64,000 nucleotides of DNA from an uncultured Chloroflexia bacterium (GTDB lineage: Bacteria; Chloroflexota; Limnocylindria; Limnocylindrales; CSP1-4), in contig CAWHHF010000018.1 in the NCBI GenBank assembly GCA_963829105.1, forward strand, positions 41,374 to 105,373, written 5' to 3'. The notes under the pieces were generated by a model. It worked only from the letters and a program-made list of their open reading frames with translations. It was not told the origin of the DNA and did no database searches. Of this stretch, positions 36,544 through 45,515 are shown one piece after another; the stretch's first letter is position 1; the number at the start of each line of letters is the position of its first letter. A program made the position numbers and the translations under genes.

Positions 36544-38088
36544 TCAGCCGGCGCGGCGCCGGCGCTCGTGGACGGCGTCGTGGAGCTCCGCGGTCGTGCG
36601 GCCGGCGAGGGCCGCATCCACCGGCCGCCGCCGCCCGCGCGGCAGGCCGATCCCGACTGCGCGTGCCGCCGCGCTCGGATCGTCGTGATCGTGGCCGTGC
36701 TCCTCCGGCGCCCACGGGACACCGGCCGGGAACAGCAGCACGAACATCTCCACCAGCTCCGGGTCGAACTGGACCCCGGCCTGACGGCGCATCTCCGCGA
36801 GCGCCTCCGCGTGGCTGATCGCCTCGCGATACGGGCGCCCGGCGATCATCGCCTCGTAGGCATCGACGATCGACACGATGCGGGCGCCGATCGGGATCTC
36901 CGAGCCTGCCAGGCCGTGCGGATATCCCCGTCCGTCGTACCACTCGTGGTGGTGGAGCACGATCGTGGCCGCGTCGCGCAGCGCGCCCGCCTGCTCCAGG
37001 ACCACCTGGCCGATCTTGGGGTGCTCGGCGACCACCCGCCATTCCGACGCGGCGAGGTCACCGCGCTTCGCCAGGATCTCGTCGGGGATCGCCAGCTTGC
37101 CAAGGTCGTGGAGGAGGCTCGCCGTCCGGATCCGGTCCAGCTCACCCTGCGGGAGGTCGATCGATCGCGCCAGCGCCACGGACGCCTCAGCGATGAGCGT
37201 GGACGGCTTCCCGGCCCAGGGCGCGCGCCCGGAGAGCGTCCGCAGGAGCGCCTCCTGGGCCACCGACATCGCGGCACGACCCGCGTCGAGCGCCTGCGAC
37301 CTGGCCTCCGAGCCGATCGGCGAACGCCGGACGGTGTCCTCGTCGCCGGTCTCCCGGAAGATGTACACCTGGTCGCGCCCGAGCGCCTTCGCGGAGTAGA
37401 GCGCCGCGTCCGCGTCGCGGACCAGCGCCTCGACCCGGAGGACGCCGCCCGGACCCCCCGCCACGCCCGCGGACAGGGTGATGCCCACCGTCTCCCCGTC
37501 CGGGAGGCGGACCGTGCTGCTCCCCACGATCCGCCGCAGCTTCTCGGCCAGGGAAGCGGCCGCGTCCACGTCGGTCTCGGGGAGCACGATGAGGAACTCC
37601 TCACCTCCGTACCGGCCGGCGAGATCCACGGTGCGAACGTTGGCGTTGAGCAGCTGGGCGACATGGCGGAGGACCCGGTCACCGGCGGCATGGCCGTGGG
37701 TGTCGTTCAGGCGCTTGAAGTGGTCGAGGTCGACGAGCACGACCGAGAGGGGGTGCCCGTAGCGCGCCGCGCGGGCGATCTCCTCGTCCACGCGGGAGAG
37801 CACGGCCTGCCGGTTGGCGATGCCCGTCAGCGGGTCCACGGTGGCCAGCCGCCACGTGTCCGCGACCCGGTCGGCCAGCCCTCGGAATGCCGCTCGCAGC
37901 CGTGGATCCTGGATCCGCTCGGCCTCGATGGCGACCAGGGCCCCCTCGTCCGCGGCGTCGGTGAGGCGCTCCGCGAGGATGGCCAGGCGCCGGTTCTGGC
38001 GCCCCACGACGATCGCCGAGAAGCCCGCCGTCCCGGCAAGCGCGCCGACCAGCGCGATCGCCAGCACGAGCGGGATGAACTCGACCAT
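36544..38088 (-). CDS. Membrane-anchored diguanylate cyclase (GGDEF) fused to an HD-GYP phosphodiesterase domain
   Basis: ATG 38088. N-terminal TM MVEFIPLVLAIALVGALAG. RTVD I-site 5 residues before RYGGEEF. HD-GYP motifs LHDLGK and HHHEWYDGRGYP. Confidence 0.9.
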   Translation of the reverse strand: MVEFIPLVLAIALVGALAGTAGFSAIVVGRQNRRLAILAERLTDAADEGALVAIEAERIQDPRLRAAFRGLADRVADTWRLATVDPLTGIANRQAVLSRVDEEIARAARYGHPLSVVLVDLDHFKRLNDTHGHAAGDRVLRHVAQLLNANVRTVDLAGRYGGEEFLIVLPETDVDAAASLAEKLRRIVGSSTVRLPDGETVGITLSAGVAGGPGGVLRVEALVRDADAALYSAKALGRDQVYIFRETGDEDTVRRSPIGSEARSQALDAGRAAMSVAQEALLRTLSGRAPWAGKPSTLIAEASVALARSIDLPQGELDRIRTASLLHDLGKLAIPDEILAKRGDLAASEWRVVAEHPKIGQVVLEQAGALRDAATIVLHHHEWYDGRGYPHGLAGSEIPIGARIVSIVDAYEAMIAGRPYREAISHAEALAEMRRQAGVQFDPELVEMFVLLFPAGVPWAPEEHGHDHDDPSAAARAVGIGLPRGRRRPVDAALAGRTTAELHDAVHERRRRAG

Positions 38089-38262
38089 GGGATCCAAGGG
38101 GTGGCACTCGCCTGGGGGTGATTCCCGGTTGCGGTCAAGACGGCCGCACCCGTACCCAGCCAGCCTACGGCGCGGCCAGGTGGCGGCCATGGGGCGATGG
38201 TCCCACCGTCACCCCGGTGAGCCGGACCCGGTTCATGCACGCACCGCACGCTCGCGTCCTGG

Positions 38263-39174
38263 TCATGGCCCGAACGTACCGGGGGGTCCCGTCGCTCCGG
38301 CGGGGATGACCCGGCCGCGCGCGAGTTCGCGCCCGTCACCACCGGTGAGGCGCCAGGCCCACGGACCCTCGGATGCGCTCGTCTCGGGCCACACGCTGCC
38401 GGTCAGCGCGGCTCCCGGCGCCGCCGCGGCGGCGTACTCCAGCCGGACCCGCCGCGGCACGGCGGCGAGCAGACGGCGGCCACCATCGCCCGCGGCATGG
38501 AGCGCCTCCTCGAGGTAGTCCACGTACGCGGCGTTGTTGACATGGCCCATCGGGTCGAGGTCCTGTGGGCGGACGATGGTCCGCAGCACCACGGCCTCCG
38601 GCGGTGACGGCGGCAGCGTCACGCGGCCCGGCTCGAACGCGCCCGGGGGCACGGCGAACTGGGCGGGGAATTCGGGGGGCACGCGGCGCGGCACGCCCCG
38701 CTCGTCGATCATGACCCAGTCGGTATGGCCCCACATCGCGAGCGTCCCGTCCTCGAGGCGCGCCTCCGTCCGCCGCCGGGCCCAGACCTGCCGGAAACCC
38801 GTGACCGCCGTGGAGACGACGAGGGTCGTGCCCAGGGGGATCGGCAGGAGGATCGCCAGCTCCGCGGCCCGCACAACCCACGCGAGGCCGCGCCGCGCGT
38901 ACCACTCGCGGCCGAAGCCCAGGCGCTCGGAGTGGATCCAGGCGACGTCCTGCGCATACCGGAGCAGGGCCGAGGTACGCGCGACGCCGTCAGGGCCGCA
39001 CTCGTCGAACCGGACGCGGTACGGGACGGTGACACCCGGCACGAGGGACGGGTCCGTGTTCCGATCTGCGGTCTCGTCGTCGATCCCGGCGTCCCCGGTC
39101 GAGTCAGCGTCGCCGGTCATGCCGGCGTCCCGGTTCCTGCCGGACTCTCCGCTCCTGCCGGGGTCCCCGGTCAT
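38263..39174 (-). CDS. Acyl-ACP thioesterase-like double hot-dog protein
   Basis: ATG 39174 overlaps the upstream stop (ATGA). Product ...YRVRFDECGPDGVARTSALLRYAQDVAWIHSERLGF... and a second half ...VRPQDLDPMGHVNNAAYVDYLEEAL.... Confidence 0.8.
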   Translation of the reverse strand: MTGDPGRSGESGRNRDAGMTGDADSTGDAGIDDETADRNTDPSLVPGVTVPYRVRFDECGPDGVARTSALLRYAQDVAWIHSERLGFGREWYARRGLAWVVRAAELAILLPIPLGTTLVVSTAVTGFRQVWARRRTEARLEDGTLAMWGHTDWVMIDERGVPRRVPPEFPAQFAVPPGAFEPGRVTLPPSPPEAVVLRTIVRPQDLDPMGHVNNAAYVDYLEEALHAAGDGGRRLLAAVPRRVRLEYAAAAAPGAALTGSVWPETSASEGPWAWRLTGGDGRELARGRVIPAGATGPPGTFGP

Positions 39175-39857
39175 GCCGGCTTCCGGCCGGCCAGCCGGTC
39201 CAGGCCCTCGAGGGCGATCAGCTTCACGCTGTCGGCGGCCACCGGTCCGCGCTCCCGGACGAGCCGGACCTCGCTCGAGCGCCGTGCATCGAACACGACC
39301 AGCCCCACCACGAGCCGCCCGCCCTCGTCGGCCGCGCCACGCCGCGCGTCGTCGAGCTGGTGCAGGACGTCGGCCTTGATGCCTCGGGCGCCCCACTTGC
39401 AGTCCCACGCCTCTGCGGCTCCGTCGCGCTCCACCGTGACGTCGTAGGGGTGGATCTCCGCGGGCCGGCCGTCGAACAGGATCCGCCGCTCGCGACGGAC
39501 GGGGCCGGTGCGGACGGCGAGAAGGCGCTCCGTGAGGGCCTCCACGAGGGCGCCGCGAAACTGGCTGCGTGCCTGATCGCCGCGGTCGGCCACCTGGAGC
39601 GACACCTGGAGCACGGCTTCGGAGCGGTCCCGGACCGGGTCGCCGGGGGCGGGCGCGACCGCGCCGAAGAGGGTCGGGAACATCGTCCGCCAGACGGCGG
39701 GATCCAGGGACTCCCCGTTCATGACGGCTCGCGCGAGCAGGCGCTGGGTCGTGTTCGCCTCGGCCAGCAGGTCGGCGGAGCGGGCGACGAGCGGGTCGGC
39801 CTGGATGTGCGCGTAGACGACCGCACGGCCATCGGGGCGGGCTTCCATGAACCGCAT
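39171..39857 (-). CDS. Hypothetical protein; the C-terminal half has a PD-(D/E)xK nuclease-like motif arrangement
   Basis: ATG 39857 overlaps the upstream stop. High GC3. The motifs ...EIHPYDVTVERDGAAEAWDCKWG...RLVVGLVVF fit D-x14-D-x-K with the flanking beta/alpha pattern (inference only). Confidence 0.6.
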   Translation of the reverse strand: MRFMEARPDGRAVVYAHIQADPLVARSADLLAEANTTQRLLARAVMNGESLDPAVWRTMFPTLFGAVAPAPGDPVRDRSEAVLQVSLQVADRGDQARSQFRGALVEALTERLLAVRTGPVRRERRILFDGRPAEIHPYDVTVERDGAAEAWDCKWGARGIKADVLHQLDDARRGAADEGGRLVVGLVVFDARRSSEVRLVRERGPVAADSVKLIALEGLDRLAGRKPA

Positions 39858-40156
39858 CAGGCAGGCTCCCCCAGCGCCGCGAGCGCCACCTGCGGGAGGG
39901 TCGAGAGCCAGTCGATGGCGCGGTGCGGGTCCGTGATGCGGGCCGCCTCGCCGACGAGGGCGGTGATGGCCTCGTCGGCGCCTGGCGGCGAGGGCTCGGT
40001 GCCGCGGGCGGCGGCGATCGCGCGCAGGCGGGCACGCCAGATGGTGCCGAGGTCCGTGACGTACTGGTACTCGTCCTGGACGGGCTCCGCGGTGGCCGCG
40101 AGCACGTCGAAGCCGCCGAGGGCGCGGTCGATCAGGTCGGTGACGGTCACGGGCAT
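39857..40156 (-). CDS. Hypothetical 99-aa protein
   Basis: Track ORF with very high third-position GC, translationally coupled to the downstream gene. I recognise no motif. Confidence 0.6.
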   Translation of the reverse strand: MPVTVTDLIDRALGGFDVLAATAEPVQDEYQYVTDLGTIWRARLRAIAAARGTEPSPPGADEAITALVGEAARITDPHRAIDWLSTLPQVALAALGEPA

Positions 40157-40317
40157 CCGTCGCAGGGTACGACGGCGGCGGCGATCGCGGGGCGCCGATT
40201 GCCGGGGACGGCGCCGGGAGCGGACCGGCGGCGGTGGCCTCGCGCCGGACCCGCATGGCGGCCCCGCTGCCAGCGGGACGGTCGGGTCGGGGGCGGGACA
40301 GTCGGGTCGGGGGCGGG

Positions 40318-40578
40318 TCAGACGGGCTCGCCACTCCGGGACAGCGCCCCGATCGCGGCGGCGCGCGGGCTGGCGGCGAGCCGGGCCTGGGCACGGCGCT
40401 CGAGCTTGCCCAACGTGCGCCGCGTGCGGTCGTCCCAGCGTGCCGAGTAGGCGCGCTGGGCCTGGCGCCGGATGTCGTAGGCGGCCTGCCGGTCTCCGGC
40501 GCGCTCGAGACGCCCAACGCCGTCGAGCACGTCGCGATAGAGCCTCGGCAAGACTTCGGCCGGATTCTGGTCATCCAT
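40318..40578 (-). CDS. Hypothetical 86-aa helical, Arg-rich protein
   Basis: Internal ATG 40578 (MDDQNPAEVLPRLYRDVLDGVGRLERAGDRQAAYDIRRQAQ...). High GC3. Function unknown. Confidence 0.45.
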   Translation of the reverse strand: MDDQNPAEVLPRLYRDVLDGVGRLERAGDRQAAYDIRRQAQRAYSARWDDRTRRTLGKLERRAQARLAASPRAAAIGALSRSGEPV

Positions 40579-40796
40579 CCAGCAGAGCGTGCCCGGTGCC
40601 TGGCACGTCGGGTATGAGCGGGTCGTCCTGCCGGGGATCCGCCGGGAGTCCGGGGTGCGTTGCCGGCGCGCACCGGGCGACCGGCTTGCGGCGATCCCGA
40701 AGCGCCGGTTCCGAGGCGGGCACAACGACCGCATCACCCGGTCGGCGAGCACGGCTTCGCGGCGGCCCCGGCGAGGGTGGTCGGTGGCGACGGTGG

Positions 40797-41156
40797 TCAG
40801 TCGCCCCGGTGGGCCCCGCTCTCGATGCGGAAGCCGCGGCCGAGCCCGCGGGCGGGTTCCCAGCGCGTGAGCACCCGGTCCACGTACCCGGCGGGCGGCC
40901 CATCCTCCAGCCGCTCCACCAGTGCCTCGAGGTCCGCGCGCCGCCCTTCGGCCAGGACCCGGACGCTGCCGTCGGCCTCGTTGGCCACGAACCCGTCGAG
41001 CCCGAGCGCACCGGCCTCGCGAAGCGCGAACACGCGGTAGCCGACGCCCTGGACCCGGCCGCGAACGATGGCCTCGAGGCGCGCGCGGCCGGAGCCCTCG
41101 AGCGGGCCTCCGGCGCGACCCGTTGCCCCGGCGGCCCCCGGCGGATCCCCGTTCAT
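40797..41156 (-). CDS. acyP: Acylphosphatase
   Basis: ATG 41156 overlaps the holB stop (ATGA). Product ...RLEAIVRGRVQGVGYRVFALREAGALGLDGFVANEADGSVRVLAEG.... Confidence 0.85.
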   Translation of the reverse strand: MNGDPPGAAGATGRAGGPLEGSGRARLEAIVRGRVQGVGYRVFALREAGALGLDGFVANEADGSVRVLAEGRRADLEALVERLEDGPPAGYVDRVLTRWEPARGLGRGFRIESGAHRGD

Positions 41157-42399
41157 GCGACGCGCCGCCGGCGCGGCCATCGGATGAGCAGCACGTCCAG
41201 CTCCAGCTCGGGGCTGACGTTCCCGGCGACCAGCTCGTCGGCCCGGACGAGACGGGCGAGGAACTCAGCGGGGGAGCCGGCGGCCAGCTCCCGTGCGGCC
41301 GCCTCGATCTCCTCGAGGATCATGACGTTCCGGATGGAGCCCAGCGCTCCGTGCTGGGCAAACGCCAGGTCCCGCGCAACGCTGCGCCACACGTCCAGGA
41401 GCAGCACGAGGCCCCGACGACGGGCCGCGGCCGGGATCTTCCTCGGAGCGCCGTCGTCGGGTGGCTCGTCGGGTGGCTCGTCAGCTGCTTTGTCGGCTCC
41501 CTCGCCCGCCGCGGCCGGCCGCGCGATAGCCGGGCCGTCGGCCCGGGCCGACACCTGGCCGGCCGGTGTCGCTCGTCCGCGGGCCGGACGCCCGGCCGGC
41601 GCCTCGGTCGGGGCGGGGGGGACAGGAGCGCGTCGAGCTCCATCGCCCGGGAGAGGAGGGGCCTGGCGGAGGCCAGCCGGCGAGACGGGCCGAGCTCCAG
41701 GAGGTCCAGCAGGGTCCGGGTGAGCTCACCGCGAATCGCCTCGGCGCCGCCGGCGCTCGCATAGGCGACGGCCAGACCGGCGCGTCCGCCCGTCAGCCGG
41801 GCGAGGCGAGCGGCGGTGGGGGCGTCCGCGAGGCCGCGTTCCACGAGCAGGCGCTCGACGTCACGGACCCCCACCGTACCGAGCCGGATGCGGGCGCACC
41901 TCGAGCGGATCGTCGGGAGGAGCACCTCCTCGTCATCGGCACACAGGATGACGGTCGTGTCGTGGAGCGGCTCCTCGAGCGTCTTGAGGAGCGCCGACTG
42001 GGCGTCCTCGCCCGCGCGATGGACATCCCTGACGATCGCCACGCGGCCACCGCCCTCGACCGGCAGCAGCGAGAGCTCGGTGACGAGGTCGCGGACGCCG
42101 CGCACCTTCGACCCGGGGCCACCGATGACAACCTGGGTCCCGAGGCTGTCGGGTCCCAGCCAGTGGAGGTCCGGGTGGTTCCCGTGCTCCACCATGCGGC
42201 AGGTACGGCAGGTTCGACAGGGCCGACCGCCCCCGGAGGCGCCCGTGCACAGCAGCCCGGCGGCGAGGTCAAGGGCGAGGGCGACCTTGCCCACCGCCCC
42301 GGGGCCGCTGATGAGGATCGCGTGCGGGACGCGCGACGCCAGCATCGCGTGGGCGGCCGCGACCGCGGCCGGGTGGCCGACGGTCAGGAAGCCGTCCAC
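41153..42399 (-). pseudogene. holB: DNA polymerase III subunit delta' (holB), frame-disrupted as assembled at a 7-nt homopolymer (41615-41621); almost certainly functional in vivo
   Basis: N-part: HAILISGPGAVGKVALALDLAAGLLC...CRTCRTCRMVEHGNHPDLH...LLKTLEEPLHDTTVILC...TIRSRCARIRL. After ...LLSPP the frame must shift -1 to continue ...APTEAPAGRPA...LLLDVWRSVARDLAF...LDVLLIRWP (track ORF 41153..41554). The span is 1247 nt, so one added base restores 416 codons. GTG 42399 is the proposed start. Confidence 0.8.
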
Positions 42400-42424
42400 G
42401 TCGCTGGCGATCGTTCGACCGCGG

Positions 42425-44638
42425 TCAGCCCTCGGCAGGCTCGGGAGCCGTCTCGGGAGCCGTCTCCGCCACCGGGGCCGGGGCCTCGGCGGACGCGGCG
42501 GGCTTCCGGGTGGTCCGGCGCCTGGGGGCCGCTGCGGGCGCGGCAGGCTCGGGAGCCGTCTCGGGAGCCGTCTCCGCCACCGGGGCCGGGGCCTCGGCGG
42601 ACGCGGCGGGCTTCCGGGTGGTCCGGCGCCTGGGGGCCGCTGCGGGCGCGGCAGGCTCGGGAGCCGTCTCGGGAGCCGTCTCCGCCACCGGGGCCGGGGC
42701 CTCGGCGGACGCGGCGGGCTTCCGGGTGGTCCGGCGCCTGGGGGCCGCTGCGGGCGCGGCAGGCTCGGGAGCCGTCTCGGGAGCCGTCTCCGCCACCGGG
42801 GCCGGGGCCTCGGCGGACGCGGCGGGCTTCCGGGTGGTCCGGCGCCTGGGGGCCGCTGCGGGCGCGGCGGGCGCGGCGGCTTGGGGAGCCGTCTCCGCCA
42901 CCGGGGCCGGGGCCTCGGCGGACGCCGGGGTCGAGGCACCCGCAGGAGCCGTAGGACGGGATCGCTGCAGCTGCGCGCGGAGCATCTGCTCGAGCTCCGG
43001 CGGTACCTCGCTCCACTCCTCGCCGCCCGTGCGCGGGGCACGGTCGACACGGTCCTGACGCTCCGGGCGCGGCCCGCGCGGGGGCTGCTGCCCGCCGCGA
43101 CCGCCGCCACCGGTGCTGCCGCCCCCGCCGGGGCTGCCGCCACCTGTCCGGCCACCGCGGGCCGGCTCGGCATAGCGGCTCGGGCCGGCGCCCCGGCCAC
43201 CGCCGTAGCGCTCGCGCTCGATCGCCGCCGCGTAGGCGCTCCGGTTGCCGCCACCGCGGCCACCTCGGGCACCGCCACCGCGGCCACCCTGGCCCCGACG
43301 CTGCTCGGCGAGCAGGTACTCCGGGATCGCCGGCTCCTCGAGGTCCTCGTCGTCGTCGGGGAGCGGGGCCAGGCCGGCGGCCGGGCGTGCGGCAGGCGTT
43401 CCGATCTGGCGGTCCCAGACGGAACCGAACGGCGCCGACCTCGGCCCGCGCGGCGCGGCGGAGAGCGCGTCCAGGTCGTCGAACGGCGTGGGCAGGTCGC
43501 CCGACGGTGTCCGCGACCGCCCGCCGCGTGGCGTCCGCTCCGGGAGCGGCGCGGCATCGGCCGCAACCTCCTCGCCCTCGGGCTCCTCGTCCTCGAGCTC
43601 GTCGGACCCCTCGACCGGCTCACCGGCCTCGGCCGGCTCCTCACCTTCGGCGGGCCCGCCAGCCTCGACCGGCTGGTCTTCACGCCGGCCCCGGCCACGG
43701 CCGCGACCACCGCGCCGGCGGCGCCGGCGGCGGGCTTCACCCTCGCCTTCGAGCTCCGCGTCGCCGGCGGCGACGGCCATGCCCTCCTCGCCCTCCTCCA
43801 GGTCCTCCGGGTTCTCGAGCTCCTCCCGGACCTCGAGATCCTCAACCGGGGCGACGGCGGCGATCCTGGACAGCTTCTCGCCGGGCAGCGCCACGAGCCC
43901 GATCGGCGCCGCACCGCCCGAGGCGGCGACCGGCTCGCGAACCGGCTCGCGGCCGGAATCGCGACCCGCGTCGCGACCATAGTCACGACCCGAGGACGAG
44001 CGCCCGCCGCGCGAGCCGCTGCTGTAGCCGCCCTCGCGCTCGGACCGGCCGCGGCCACGACCCCGGCCACGACCCGTCCCCTCGGACAGCTTGTCGGGGA
44101 CCTCGGTCATCGACAGGTCCTCGTCGTCGTCCGCGACACGGCGGCCGGAGCGCGTGGACCCCTTGTCGACCTTGGCGATATGGGTGATGTCCGTGAACAG
44201 GTCGGCGACCTCGATGAGGTCCGACGACGTGTTGCCGCGGAAGCTCACCACCTCCACGCGCACGCCCATCTCCTGGACGGCGCGAATGGCGGAGGCGAAG
44301 TCCCCGTCGCCCGAGACGATGACCGCGACATCGAGGTTGCGCGCGGTCTTCATCAGGTCCACCACGAGCTCGATGTCGAGGTTCGCCTTGATCTTGCCGT
44401 CGCCGTACTTCCGGATGTCCTTGCTGACGACCTTGTACTGGTGCCGCGCGAGGAACTGGTGGAAGTTGCGCTGGTTCTCGTTCTCCGGGTCGAGCCCGGT
44501 ATAGGCATACGCGCGGACGAAATCCCGTCCCGCGGTGGCCGACTTCAGCAGCGTGACGTAGTCGATATCCACGCCGGCCGCCTTGGCCGCGTAGAAGATG
44601 TTCGCCACGTCCACGAAGACGGCGACGTTCTTCCCCAC
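42425..44638 (-). CDS. NYN (LabA-like, PIN-fold) nuclease-domain protein with about 560-aa low-complexity tail (acidic, RGG-rich and tandem-repeat segments)
   Basis: GTG 44638 after AGGAG. N-terminal MGKNVAVFVDVANIFYAAK...NLDIELVVDLM...DVAVIVSGDGDFASAIRAVQEMGVRVEVVSF. The remainder is E/R/G/P/A-rich. Confidence 0.85.
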   Translation of the reverse strand: MGKNVAVFVDVANIFYAAKAAGVDIDYVTLLKSATAGRDFVRAYAYTGLDPENENQRNFHQFLARHQYKVVSKDIRKYGDGKIKANLDIELVVDLMKTARNLDVAVIVSGDGDFASAIRAVQEMGVRVEVVSFRGNTSSDLIEVADLFTDITHIAKVDKGSTRSGRRVADDDEDLSMTEVPDKLSEGTGRGRGRGRGRSEREGGYSSGSRGGRSSSGRDYGRDAGRDSGREPVREPVAASGGAAPIGLVALPGEKLSRIAAVAPVEDLEVREELENPEDLEEGEEGMAVAAGDAELEGEGEARRRRRRRGGRGRGRGRREDQPVEAGGPAEGEEPAEAGEPVEGSDELEDEEPEGEEVAADAAPLPERTPRGGRSRTPSGDLPTPFDDLDALSAAPRGPRSAPFGSVWDRQIGTPAARPAAGLAPLPDDDEDLEEPAIPEYLLAEQRRGQGGRGGGARGGRGGGNRSAYAAAIERERYGGGRGAGPSRYAEPARGGRTGGGSPGGGGSTGGGGRGGQQPPRGPRPERQDRVDRAPRTGGEEWSEVPPELEQMLRAQLQRSRPTAPAGASTPASAEAPAPVAETAPQAAAPAAPAAAPRRRTTRKPAASAEAPAPVAETAPETAPEPAAPAAAPRRRTTRKPAASAEAPAPVAETAPETAPEPAAPAAAPRRRTTRKPAASAEAPAPVAETAPETAPEPAAPAAAPRRRTTRKPAASAEAPAPVAETAPETAPEPAEG
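42431..42930. repeat. Tandem array: four perfect 108-bp units plus a diverged partial fifth, in-frame inside the NYN-protein gene
   Basis: Unit starts gcaggctcgggagccgtctcgggagccgtctccgcc at 42435, 42543, 42651 and 42759. It encodes PAASAEAPAPVAETAPETAPEPAAPAAAPRRRTTRK (36 aa) repeats. Confidence 0.9.
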
Positions 44639-44692
44639 GTTGACTCCTATGTGTGGGGCGTGACCCGGACACCGTCCGGACCGCCCGGTGCG

Positions 44693-45160
44693 CTAGAGGC
44701 GGCGAGCCGATCCGGCTGCCGCGAGGGGTCGCCGGAGCGTGGGTCCGGCGGGAGCGAACCCGGCGCGCACGAGGCGCGCGAGATCCGCGGGATCATCGGG
44801 CTGAGCCATCTCGACCTGGGTGCAACCCTTGTTGCCGGCCGAGCGGAGCAGCTCCTCGAGGAGGGCGTCCGTCACGCGATCAGCGTCGTGGTCCGGGGCG
44901 ACGACCAGGAGGTCGACCGTTCCCACGTAGCCACCGGCGATGACCGACGGACGCAGGACGAGAAGGGCCCCGCCCACGATCTCGCGTCGCAGCTCGGCGA
45001 CGATCAGGCTCGCGTTCGGAAGGTAGACGAGCTGGCGAAGCAGGTCAGCGGCATCGAGCGACCCGCGGCCTGATCCCCGGAGCGACGTCCGGCCGAGAAC
45101 GGCCAGGCGGTCGACGTCGGTGATGCGGGCCTGTCGGATCAGGTACTCCACGCCGAGCAT
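44693..45160 (-). CDS. GNAT-family N-acetyltransferase
   Basis: Internal ATG 45160. Product MLGVEYLIRQARITDVDRLAVL...GYVGTVDLLVVAPDHDADRVTDALLEELLRSAGNKGCTQVEM.... Confidence 0.7.
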   Translation of the reverse strand: MLGVEYLIRQARITDVDRLAVLGRTSLRGSGRGSLDAADLLRQLVYLPNASLIVAELRREIVGGALLVLRPSVIAGGYVGTVDLLVVAPDHDADRVTDALLEELLRSAGNKGCTQVEMAQPDDPADLARLVRAGFAPAGPTLRRPLAAAGSARRL

Positions 45161-45327
45161 GTACCTCGAGCAGCGAGCGGCCGGTGCGCCGGGTGGCCGG
45201 GCCGAAGCGGTCCGGACGGGCGGCCCCGCGCCTGGCCGCGATGAAGGATGCCCGGGAGGCGAGCGACACGAGGCTCGAGCAGCCATCCCGAGGCGAACCG
45301 GCCGGGACTCCGGCCGAATCGACGGCC

Positions 45328-45355
45328 TTGCATCCCTGACGCCAGCGCCTATGAT
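45328..45355 (+). promoter_or_regulatory. Sigma70-like promoter TTGCAT-16 nt-TATGAT upstream of the liv operon
   Basis: Read directly. It leaves a leader of about 155 nt before the ATG at 45516. Confidence 0.45.
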
Positions 45356-45515
45356 ACTGCATCGCTCCGGGACTCCCTGTTCCGGGCGAATGGGTCCCTC
45401 GTCCCGTGTCGCCGTCACCGCCACGCCGAAGCAGATCGGCCACCTGGGACGGCGCCACGGCCAAGGAGCATCGGGATGCCGCGGGCGTCGACGAGGGGAA
45501 TTGGAGGAGGCAGCT

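Noticed and set aside
42431-42930. Possible CRISPR array, because of the regular 108-bp periodicity
   Set aside because: The units are contiguous with no unique spacers. They are in-frame within a protein-coding gene and no cas genes are present. This is a coding tandem repeat.
41816-45073. 1085-aa plus-strand ORF and 916-aa minus ORF (41320..44070)
   Set aside because: The plus ORF is antisense to holB, the NYN gene and the GNAT gene. The N-terminal 500 aa of the 916-aa ORF are an off-frame reading of the NYN tail and repeats. Only its C-terminal part (holB) is real.
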